Positions 9,442 to 17,845 of a stretch of 64,000 nucleotides of DNA are shown piece after piece. The notes under the pieces are model-generated. The model made no database searches. It was given only the letters and a program-made list of their open reading frames with translations, and was not told the origin of the DNA. The stretch is taken from NCBI GenBank assembly GCA_963702095.1, contig OY969706.1, forward strand, positions 736,001 through 800,000. Direction: 5' to 3'. The first letter of the stretch is position 1, and every line of letters begins with the position of its first letter. The DNA comes from Candidatus Bathyarchaeota archaeon. Lineage in GTDB: Archaea > Thermoproteota > Bathyarchaeia > Bathyarchaeales > Bathycorpusculaceae. Made by a program: the position numbers and the translations under genes.

Positions 9442-11214
9442 CTAAGGAATATAGGTGACTTCTATGGGTATCCAATCGAGATTTATGGTATCAGCGCCGC
9501 CGCTTAGAACGTGTGTTACTTTGGCCTGGATCATGTTGCTATTTATGTTGCTGGTTGTCCAAGTTGTCCATTCTGTTACATCGACATAGAAATTGTTTGC
9601 ATCGGAGTTTGGCAAATTATAGGTATATGTGCTTGATAACCAAGTTGAACCGCCGTCTGCACTAACTTCTAGCAGTAGGTCATCGTTTCCCGGGGAGGAT
9701 ACGTAGGCGTCTAATCTTACACGTACTTGGGCAATGCTGGCACTTGAAGCAATTGTAAAGCCGTAACCGCTGTATGTGCAAGTATCCCCACCTGAACCAG
9801 ATGTAGCACGACCAGAACCATCTGAGTATGCTCTATATTCGTCAGTCCAAGCGCCTCCACTATCGGCTGTAGGTGATTTTGGATCAACGGTTGGGCTACG
9901 TACCTGAACGGTAGTGGTTGCTTCTGTTAAGCCTGTGGAAGTAGCGGTGAATGTCAAAGTTGCAGGAAGAGGATTTCCAGTCCAATAACCATAGTAGACA
10001 TTGACAGAGCTAGAATCGGCAGGCAGAGTGATACTAAATATTGCAGTGGTATCGCCTTTATGCGCATAGAAGTTGGCAAAGTTGACTCCGCCATCATCCA
10101 GATTTATCGTGATAGCGCCACCATTTGTTGTGGGATTGCCAGATGCGGTTTGTCTTTCAATAGTGAACAGTGTATTAACTCCAGCGGCTATCGGTGAAGG
10201 ATGCACAGTAAAGGCCAATTTTTCTGCAACTCCACTTGTCACTGTGAATGTTTCTGAGTCTGTACCTGAACTTGCATCAGTGGCTGAGACTACGTAGTCT
10301 TCGTTGGCGATAGTTGGGACGTTGAAAGTGCAGCTGAAAGCACCTGCCGCGCTTGTGGTGACAGATGATGGTGTAGTCGTCACGATTTCACTATTAAATC
10401 TAATAGTTATGGCTGAGGTAGCGGCGAAATTAGTGCCAGAGACAGTAACTGTTGTTCCTGATGAACCGGTTGCTGGGTTTAGAGTTATAGCTGGAGCTGC
10501 TGATACTGTGAATGTTTCTGAGTCTGTACCTGAACTTGAATCAGTGGCTGAGACTGCGTAAGCGCCATTAGCAGATGTTGGAACGTTGAAAGTACAACTG
10601 AATGCACCGCTTGCACTGGTTGTAACGCTTGTTGGAGCGGTTGTAACAACTGCACCGTTAAATCTGATTGTAATTGCCGAAGTAGCAGCAAAATTGGTGC
10701 CTGAAACTGTTACCGTTGTTCCAGAAAGACCGCTGGGGGGATTCAATGTAATGGCAGGAATAACCGTTACTGTTCCGCCTGAGCCTGGTTTCCCTGTTGC
10801 TGTCATGGATGTGCCATCGGTTGTGGTTACTTTAAGGTCGTATCTTGTGTCTTTATTGTATTGGCCTTCAACAGTTAATTCAGTAGTATCTCCTTCTCCA
10901 AGGACAGGATTACTGGTTGTAAAGGTTTTTTGTTCACCGTTTATGTACACTGCGCCGACTTCGGTTGTTCCCTGTCCAACGTTTTGAACATAGACAACCA
11001 TTCTGCCGTCATCAGCCACTGCAAAGCTGGGGATGGCTATGGCTTTTCCTGCGTTGCCTGTTTGGAAGCCTATGTAGCCGGCTACCCATGCGTATACTAC
11101 GAGTGAGGCGACTACGGCTATGGCTATCATTAGTAGGGTTGCGATTACTGGTGAGATTGCTTTTGCTGATCGTTTGAATTTTGTTGATAATCTTACGTTA
11201 TGTATTCTTGTCAA
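9442..11214 (-). CDS. Large archaeal type IV pilin-N-domain adhesin 2 with two IPT/TIG-like repeats
   Basis: KRSAKA|ISPVIATLLMIAIAVV signal; ~88-aa tandem repeat PAITLNP..G.SGTTVTVSGTNFAATSAITIRFN; ends WIPIEVTY. Confidence 0.9.
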   Translation of the reverse strand: MTRIHNVRLSTKFKRSAKAISPVIATLLMIAIAVVASLVVYAWVAGYIGFQTGNAGKAIAIPSFAVADDGRMVVYVQNVGQGTTEVGAVYINGEQKTFTTSNPVLGEGDTTELTVEGQYNKDTRYDLKVTTTDGTSMTATGKPGSGGTVTVIPAITLNPPSGLSGTTVTVSGTNFAATSAITIRFNGAVVTTAPTSVTTSASGAFSCTFNVPTSANGAYAVSATDSSSGTDSETFTVSAAPAITLNPATGSSGTTVTVSGTNFAATSAITIRFNSEIVTTTPSSVTTSAAGAFSCTFNVPTIANEDYVVSATDASSGTDSETFTVTSGVAEKLAFTVHPSPIAAGVNTLFTIERQTASGNPTTNGGAITINLDDGGVNFANFYAHKGDTTAIFSITLPADSSSVNVYYGYWTGNPLPATLTFTATSTGLTEATTTVQVRSPTVDPKSPTADSGGAWTDEYRAYSDGSGRATSGSGGDTCTYSGYGFTIASSASIAQVRVRLDAYVSSPGNDDLLLEVSADGGSTWLSSTYTYNLPNSDANNFYVDVTEWTTWTTSNINSNMIQAKVTHVLSGGADTINLDWIPIEVTYIP

Positions 11215-11285
11215 TTGTTTTTTCCCTTCTTTTCCCTAATTTTTATAACTAGTTTTTTACTTAGCGCTAGTTACATAGTCAGTGC

Positions 11286-11315
11286 TATATAAGAATTCAT
11301 AGAATAATGCTCTAT
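11286..11315 (-). promoter_or_regulatory. BRE/TATA plus ATAGA-N7-TCTAT palindrome of adhesin 2
   Basis: + strand TATATAAGAATTC-ATAGAATAATGCTCTAT. Confidence 0.7.
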
Positions 11316-11564
11316 TCTAAATCAAGCAGTCACCTTACAGAGTTTAGAAAAGAAAGAAAACAATACTCTTTACTCGCTTCCATTCGGTTGTCATCCAATA
11401 TTTTGTCTTTCGGTGTTCCAAAAACTTTGAAACATTTGGTAGTAGCTGTATTTGTTTTAAAAGAAATCCAACATAATCCAAAAACAAGCTTTGAAAATAA
11501 AAGCGCTAACTATAGTTAATAGAGCTAAGCTTATTTAAGGTAATTTTTTAAAAAAAAGAAGGGA

Positions 11565-13100
11565 TTAGGAATATGATACCACTATAGCAAACAAATCATT
11601 GTAATGGAAATATTCATTGTCTAGATCTGGAGCGTTCACTCTTATGCGAATGTTTCCGGTGTTGTCGATGTAGTTACCGATGTTTGATACGATACTGAAA
11701 GAAAGTGATGTATCTGTGGTGCCGCTGATGCTTGTAGAATCTTTCTGCTCCCATTGGTGACTGTTAAAGTTATAGATATATAATGTCTGAGTTGCGGTTA
11801 TGCTTCCACCTGTAGCGGTTTGATAATGACCTTCCAGCGTTATGTCTAGTTTGGTCACTTGAGATTCTGTTATTTGGATGTCATCAATATCAAAAGTGCA
11901 GTAGTATTCGAGATTATTGTAAGTATAGTAACCGCCGCCAAACCAATTGCTATGCCAATCACGGTCACATCTAGATATGTAGTATACATTATTACTACTT
12001 TGCATATCAGTTCTTGAGCCACCAGTATTAGAACCAGCTGTATAGGCTGCATCTGCTTCCGGATATAGGGTTCCTTGCTGTGAGGCTGGTTTTACTGTTA
12101 GTTGTGCGGTATCAGATTTGCCAGAGTATGTTCCAGTTATAGTCCAGGTTCCATCATTATCTGAAGTATAGACGTTAGCTGCCCAAGAACCGCCAGCAGC
12201 GACATCCGCTTCCCAGTTTGCTGATGTGCTGACGTCCCAACTGTTTCCAACAGTATCATAGGCCATCATTGAATATGTTTGTGGGTCGCCTGAATCAATT
12301 TCGGCCGAGTCTGGAGATACGACGACGTGATCAAGGGTCCCGGTAGCAATGTGTAAAGCGGCAGTATCGGTTAAACCAGAGTAATCGCCTGTAACTGTCC
12401 AGTCGCCTGTGTTTGCAGAAGTGTAGACGTTTGCTGCCCATGAACCTCCAGCACCAGCAGTTATGCTCCAAGCTGTGAGCGAACTGACATCCCAATTGAC
12501 TGATCCGTCAGATGCGGTTGCTGTAAAAGTAACGGTATCGCCAGATAGAACTGAGGTCGTCTCGGGAGTGATTGATATACTTGTGGCATCACCATGAGCA
12601 GGGGTTCCATCGGAGCCGCCAGACCCTGGTTTGCCTGTTGCTGTTATGAATGTTCCGTCAGTTGTGGTAACTTTGATGTCATGTTTTTGGGTTAAATCGA
12701 AACTTCCAGCTATTGTTACTTCAACGGTATTTCCTTCCGGTATTACTTTACTTGGATCGTAAGCCAAATCATCATCAGCTATGAGTATATTGTCTACGTA
12801 TACGGCGCTGACTTCTACAGATCCTTGCCCAACATTTTGCACATAAACAACAAGACTACCAACATTCGGATTTTCTTCGCTAGCAACACTGGTGAGGCTT
12901 GGGATGTCTACGGCCGTTCCGGTTCTGCTGGTTTGAAAACCCATGTAGCCACTAATCCAGGCATAAGTTACAAGGGAGGCAACGACGACGATGGCAATCA
13001 TCAGAAGCGTTGCAATTACGGGTGATATCGCTCTAAAAGATCGCGGGAAATTTTTTGTTTTACTTTTTAAATTCAGGGTCTTTACAACTTTTAATTTTAT
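11565..13100 (-). CDS. Large archaeal type IV pilin-N-domain adhesin 3 (start upstream of the called ORF)
   Basis: Frame stays open upstream of 13001 and encodes the signal PRSFRA|ISPVIATLLMIAIVVV. Start is either ATA at 13100 or ATG at 13117 with a 1-nt slip in an A7 run. Two Ig-like repeats (AGGSWAANVYTS). Confidence 0.85.
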   Translation of the reverse strand: MKLKVVKTLNLKSKTKNFPRSFRAISPVIATLLMIAIVVVASLVTYAWISGYMGFQTSRTGTAVDIPSLTSVASEENPNVGSLVVYVQNVGQGSVEVSAVYVDNILIADDDLAYDPSKVIPEGNTVEVTIAGSFDLTQKHDIKVTTTDGTFITATGKPGSGGSDGTPAHGDATSISITPETTSVLSGDTVTFTATASDGSVNWDVSSLTAWSITAGAGGSWAANVYTSANTGDWTVTGDYSGLTDTAALHIATGTLDHVVVSPDSAEIDSGDPQTYSMMAYDTVGNSWDVSTSANWEADVAAGGSWAANVYTSDNDGTWTITGTYSGKSDTAQLTVKPASQQGTLYPEADAAYTAGSNTGGSRTDMQSSNNVYYISRCDRDWHSNWFGGGYYTYNNLEYYCTFDIDDIQITESQVTKLDITLEGHYQTATGGSITATQTLYIYNFNSHQWEQKDSTSISGTTDTSLSFSIVSNIGNYIDNTGNIRIRVNAPDLDNEYFHYNDLFAIVVSYS

Positions 13101-13149
13101 CCCCTCGTTTTTTTCATATTCTTTTCCAAGCGTTAACTAACTTTATGAC

Positions 13150-13178
13150 TTATAAAATTTCATAGAACAATACTCTAT
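13150..13178 (-). promoter_or_regulatory. BRE/TATA plus ATAGA-N7-TCTAT palindrome of adhesin 3
   Basis: + strand TTATAAAATTTC-ATAGAACAATACTCTAT. Confidence 0.7.
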
Positions 13179-13265
13179 CGCATAAGGAACGGCAACCTGA
13201 ATTACTAGTACAATAAATTTTAATGCTATTGTAACCAATAAGATGCCACGTTAGAGGTTACTTTA

Positions 13266-14390
13266 ATGGACCTTTCAAGCATTCGTATAAGAGAACATTT
13301 TGGATTACTCTCAAATGATAGTCACATTTCACAATTTACTTTTCTTGTCAGCCCCCCAAAAAACCGCTCAGGGATAGAAAAAAACGACTATGTACTGGTT
13401 GATCACCCTCTTTTGGGCGAAGCATGTCAGATCTTAGCGATAATCGCAGACATAGCCAGCTATGAAGAAATCGCAGGTTCCACTATAAACGAACGAAAGG
13501 GAAAGATGCTAGCCACCGCCCAAGTAATCGGCAGCATAGACCTAAAAAAAGACAACAAACCATTAAAGGAAGTTTTAGTTCCGCCAAACCCAGGTTCCCG
13601 CGTCTATATACCCCTAAAAAGCTTCCTGCAAGATATCCTCAACCGCAACCTCAAAGGTGAAGCCTACAAAAAACCCATAGAGGTCGGCACTTTAGAGGGC
13701 TCCTCAGTAGAAGAGCAGAACAGCAGCGGCGCCATCCCCTGCTTCCTCGATGCAGAAGACCTCCTAAATAAGCATACAATAATTACTGGCGTAGGCGGCA
13801 TAGGGAAGACGCACATCAGCAGATGGCTGGCAAAAGCAATGGCCAAAAAAACATCGGCTAAAATAGTTGTTTTTGATTCTTACCGCGAATACGTCAATAC
13901 CTTGAACGAAGATGCCTCAACGACTGCTCTGACGTCTAAAATAGATAAGGACTCAATTGCTAAAGCAATCAAAAATCAACTCACAATTCTAGATGCGTCT
14001 AAGCTTTCAGCTGAAGAGAGACCTTCCTGCTACATGGACTGGCTGCAGCAATTGCTGAAGTACAAATCCGATGCAAAAATTGGGCCGGTTATTGTGATCG
14101 TGGAAGAAGCGGAAAGTCTAGATAGAGACAAATTAAATCAAGTAGTTGCCGAAGGAAGAAAGAGAGGCGTTTTTCTTATCCTCACAGCATCGCATCCTAG
14201 CGATTTGGGGGGGAAAATCCTGTCGCAGATGGGCAATCAGATTATAGGCAGAACAACAGATCCTACAGACATTGAGTGCCTAGTCAACATGTCAGGAACC
14301 GAGAAAACATCACTTTCTAATTTAGTTCTTGGCGAGTGGATAATTAACGGAATAAATGCTAGCAGACCAATGAAAATGCATATCGGCTAA
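13266..14390 (+). CDS. HerA-like ATPase (HAS-barrel plus DUF87), short
   Basis: N-terminal barrel ending PPNPGSRVY, KHTIITGVGGIGKT Walker A, VVFDSYREY, VIVEEAE Walker B, EGRKRGV..I...P. Confidence 0.8.
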   Translation: MDLSSIRIREHFGLLSNDSHISQFTFLVSPPKNRSGIEKNDYVLVDHPLLGEACQILAIIADIASYEEIAGSTINERKGKMLATAQVIGSIDLKKDNKPLKEVLVPPNPGSRVYIPLKSFLQDILNRNLKGEAYKKPIEVGTLEGSSVEEQNSSGAIPCFLDAEDLLNKHTIITGVGGIGKTHISRWLAKAMAKKTSAKIVVFDSYREYVNTLNEDASTTALTSKIDKDSIAKAIKNQLTILDASKLSAEERPSCYMDWLQQLLKYKSDAKIGPVIVIVEEAESLDRDKLNQVVAEGRKRGVFLILTASHPSDLGGKILSQMGNQIIGRTTDPTDIECLVNMSGTEKTSLSNLVLGEWIINGINASRPMKMHIG

Positions 14391-14486
14391 TCGATTCAGC
14401 CTTAAAAAGCGATTCTCAATATGAAGTTGACAATAGCAAAATACTTATGTACTATTGGACAACAATACCAAAAACGAGGCCCCTTT

Positions 14487-14917
14487 ATGGCTAAACCAAC
14501 TAAACGCTCTAAACGTAGTAAAATCATAATTGCTGGTATTGTCTGTGCAGCAATCCTAATCGGGGTAACTATAGGCTTCGCCGCTTATTATGCCAGCCAA
14601 ATAATGCGGCCACACAAGATACTGTTGTGCCTAAACTGGTAGGTGTCGACTTGCAACTTAACGATGACAGAACAGATGCTCATGCACCATTCTTACATAT
14701 AACTGGAACAGTTCATAACGAAGGCAACGGCACCGCAAACAATGTAACAATCACTGTTTATGCGATTCAAGGTGAGAATACAACCGCTATCGATGTAACT
14801 CAAAACATAGCCGATTCAATCGAAGCCGGAGCAGATTTTCCCCTCAACTTATCACTAAGCTATACTGGAGAAGCACTATCAGCATTTAACGAACCCCAAT
14901 TTGCATGGACAAATTAA
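14487..14917 (+). CDS. Membrane-anchored FxLYD/DUF3426-like exported protein (1-nt frameshift near 14600)
   Basis: N-terminal TM (IIIAGIVCAAILIGVTIGFAAYY) joins ORF 14627..14917 (ITGTVHNEGNGTANNVTITV) if one A is added at CCAAATAAT. Confidence 0.65.
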
Positions 14918-15133
14918 CCCTCTTTTTTGGGTTAGCTAATTTTTTTTTTGGGTAAAATAGAGTATTATTTTTTAGTAATCTTATCACGATTTTTTTGAAG
15001 AGAAATGGTTCAGGGGCATAAACTTTTTTTGCAAGATTAACAAGCGATAGGTTTGTAAGTATAACATACCTGGGCAAACTGAAACCATTTTCTATTTTTC
15101 GCGAGCTAACTCAATTAGATCTACAAATGTGTT

Positions 15134-15628
15134 TTAAGATGGGCAATAAGTACTAACAGTAACTCCTAAGGTATTTAAGACAGTACAAGTGAGCGCTCCT
15201 TCTATCTTATAGTGAACATTCAGTGAATCTGCCGTAACGTAGTCAATACCGTCATCGTCAACTTCTATACTTGTACTTGTACTAGAAAATCTTATGATGA
15301 CCGATCTACCAGCTTGTACATGTACTCCAGTTCCGTCGGGATTGACCAAGTTAGCATATAGATGACGCTGCTGATTAGTTTTCTCAACAATCCATATTCT
15401 CGACAAATCAATATCCATTTTAGTAGCGGTTAGTGTTATAGTACCCGAATCGTAGCTTATGTCCATTTGGGCATTAACTTTTTTTGTATATAATTCGTTC
15501 ATTTCTTTTGTTGCAGCGTCATGCCAAAGGTAAACGTTAGTGAAGAAAAACATCAAAATAATTATGAACATTACTGAGCCTACTACTTCTGCTGTGCCCT
15601 TTTTATTTTTTAACAGTTTTTTCAACAT
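15134..15628 (-). CDS. Minor pilin-like protein
   Basis: KNKKG|TAEVVGSVMFIIILMFFF class III signal. Confidence 0.8.
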   Translation of the reverse strand: MLKKLLKNKKGTAEVVGSVMFIIILMFFFTNVYLWHDAATKEMNELYTKKVNAQMDISYDSGTITLTATKMDIDLSRIWIVEKTNQQRHLYANLVNPDGTGVHVQAGRSVIIRFSSTSTSIEVDDDGIDYVTADSLNVHYKIEGALTCTVLNTLGVTVSTYCPS

Positions 15629-15640
15629 GTTTTTTCCTCA

Positions 15641-16102
15641 CTATGGTGTTGCTTCAAAACTTGAACCCATTTTAGTTGCAATGGTGAAAGTTGGAGTTGA
15701 ACCTATTGAATTCGCCCCCATATTCCAGAAAATAGTAAAGCTTTTGTGCTCTCCAACTGGTATTTTTATATCTAAATTAAAGTCATTACTAACTGGAGAG
15801 CTTGTTAATTTCAAACTCAAACCATTTAAATAGACAGAGGTTATTTCGGAATCAACTTTACCAGAATTATAGACAGATATTTGCACTGGTATTGGACCAT
15901 TAGTTGTGCCAGTCGGATTTATCCAAATATCTTCAACAGTTAACACCTCTCTGACTGAACCACCTACGCCTGCCTTATAAGCATCAGAATAGGCTGTTAC
16001 GAATGCAAAGAGCAGTGTCATACCTATCATCGTAACTAAGATCATGAGCACGGTTGCTATCACAGGGGAAACTGCACGTCTATTTTGTCGTAGTCGCCTC
16101 AT
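15641..16102 (-). CDS. Archaeal type IV pilin (Pilin_N)
   Basis: QNRRA|VSPVIATVLMILVT signal; VYNSG...I.SVYLNG motif. Confidence 0.9.
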   Translation of the reverse strand: MRRLRQNRRAVSPVIATVLMILVTMIGMTLLFAFVTAYSDAYKAGVGGSVREVLTVEDIWINPTGTTNGPIPVQISVYNSGKVDSEITSVYLNGLSLKLTSSPVSNDFNLDIKIPVGEHKSFTIFWNMGANSIGSTPTFTIATKMGSSFEATP

Positions 16103-16106
16103 CTTT

Positions 16107-16958
16107 TCACATCCATCCTGGCGGTATCGCCGCGAAGAAAACAGCGTACCCTGCCACTAGTAGTAAGATTGAATGTTTCATGCCGCTTGCAACTCGGCGT
16201 TCACCGATTTTTCCAGCCATCAAGCCACCTGTTAATGCTGAAACAATCATGAATTGGTAAAAGAATTCCTTAAAGTTGCTGGTACCGCCTCCAGGGGCTA
16301 GAGTGCTAATAACGTCCTGTGAACCTTGAAGAGGCGCAAAGAATGAGCTAACAAGTAAAATAGCTGTAACTATGAATACTGCGAATGAAGCGTATATTAC
16401 AACGATGTAGGGTTTCATTTGGGCGTTGGTGTCTCGGTCTATTTCTTTCATTTCTTCCATGAACCCGGATGTTGCTGTGAAGACTTTTTTGATTGTTCCT
16501 CCTGAGTGGCTGGCTTCTAAGACGAGAACGCAGAAGCGGTTTACGATTGGCGAGTTTATGTTGTTTTTAAAGTTGGTTAATGCATTCTCAAATGAGGTGC
16601 CCCAGGACATTTGGACGACCATTTGTTTAACTTCCTTAGCAAGGGGTCCACTGACCATTTTGTTATCGACAACTTTCTCTAAGGCTTTTGTTAGAGTCAT
16701 GCCAGTTTCTTGTGATTCAGCGACTCCTCTAACTAGAAGGGGCATTTGATCTTCTATTGCAGATAGCCATCTTTGGTGCTTAAAATCTAAAATGGTAGAT
16801 GGCACCAGGATAATGAGTATACTAGCAAAGAAGATTTCGTTTATGTAAGTAGCCAAAGCTGAAGGGGATGCTATTGCGACCACTATTATCATTACTAGAA
16901 CTGCTGCAAAGGATGCGCCGAGTGTTAGTTTCTTGGTTTTTGTTAAGATTTTGCCCAT
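16107..16958 (-). CDS. Type IV pilus membrane platform protein (T2SSF/TadC/FlaJ-like)
   Basis: IEDQMPLLVRGVAESQETGM...WGTSFENAL...SGG; C-terminal GLMAGKIGE...G.KH. Confidence 0.9.
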   Translation of the reverse strand: MGKILTKTKKLTLGASFAAVLVMIIVVAIASPSALATYINEIFFASILIILVPSTILDFKHQRWLSAIEDQMPLLVRGVAESQETGMTLTKALEKVVDNKMVSGPLAKEVKQMVVQMSWGTSFENALTNFKNNINSPIVNRFCVLVLEASHSGGTIKKVFTATSGFMEEMKEIDRDTNAQMKPYIVVIYASFAVFIVTAILLVSSFFAPLQGSQDVISTLAPGGGTSNFKEFFYQFMIVSALTGGLMAGKIGERRVASGMKHSILLLVAGYAVFFAAIPPGWM

Positions 16959-16963
16959 GCTTT

Positions 16964-17845
16964 TTACCTCGGAGGAGTCATTGAATCAACAAGGAGTAAC
17001 ATAATCATTACTCCAGCAGGAGTAACAATAAATGTCATCAGTAACATGACAGTTTCAGGGTCTAAGCCACCGAAAACTCCCAGTCCTCCGCCCAAAAAAG
17101 ACATAACCGAAAGCATGACTACGAGCACCAGTGGCAGGGCAATCATGAAGCTGACATACATTTCAGCCATGCCCGCTAAACTATCTAGGAAGCTCTTCAT
17201 CGAGGTGACACGAGCTTTCTTGAATTTATCGGCTTCGTCCCGGAGATAGGCTGCCAAGTCGCCGCCCATATGTGAAGTTGTCACGATACCCTCTAGTAAT
17301 GCACCGAATTTTCTTGAAGCAGACCTGTTTGCAGCTCGTTTTAATGAGTCGTTTAAATCCAAGCCCATAATTTCAGTGTCAGCAATTGCTCGCCGCACTT
17401 CTTCTCCCACGCCGAATTCATCGCCGACATTTGCCAAAGACCTAAATATTCGTTCAGGAGGCATACCTGAGCTTGCTAGTACTGACAAAAAGTTAGCCGT
17501 TAGGGGGAGGTTAGCATCTATTTTTCGAACCTTAGAAGAGATTGTGAGAGAGGGGTATAGATAAAAAACGCCAAAAGAGGAAATGCCAGCAACTAAACCG
17601 GCAACTATGGAGAAAATAATCGCAGCTGCGATTGACGAAGTATTTGACATAATTAAAAAAAAGATTGCAAAACCTACGCCTGTAACTAGGATGGTGGCAA
17701 GCGCCATCAAACCCAAATACGCTTCAAAAGTGATTTTAATGGCAGCTTTAGAAATATTATCCTGCAGACTTTTCAGTTCTTTGACAAGAGAAGCGGGAAC
17801 AAGCTTTGAGGCTCTAAGACAGAGGGAAAGCAGCCGCTTATTCGT
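16964..17845 (-). CDS. Type IV pilus membrane platform protein (T2SSF/TadB/FlaJ-like)
   Basis: IDANLP...LASSGMPP..IF...GLDL..SL...S.S......GGDL..YL. Frame open upstream of 17716 (KAAIKITFEAY); probable ACG start at 17845 after GGAGG. Confidence 0.85.
   Translation of the reverse strand, partial: TNKRLLSLCLRASKLVPASLVKELKSLQDNISKAAIKITFEAYLGLMALATILVTGVGFAIFFLIMSNTSSIAAAIIFSIVAGLVAGISSFGVFYLYPSLTISSKVRKIDANLPLTANFLSVLASSGMPPERIFRSLANVGDEFGVGEEVRRAIADTEIMGLDLNDSLKRAANRSASRKFGALLEGIVTTSHMGGDLAAYLRDEADKFKKARVTSMKSFLDSLAGMAEMYVSFMIALPLVLVVMLSVMSFLGGGLGVFGGLDPETVMLLMTFIVTPAGVMIMLLLVDSMTPPR

Noticed and set aside
4540-13100. Diversity-generating retroelement acting on the adhesin tips
   Set aside because: No reverse transcriptase in the window; the 4540/5553 duplicate does not match the adhesin genes, and its differences include indels and are not adenine-specific
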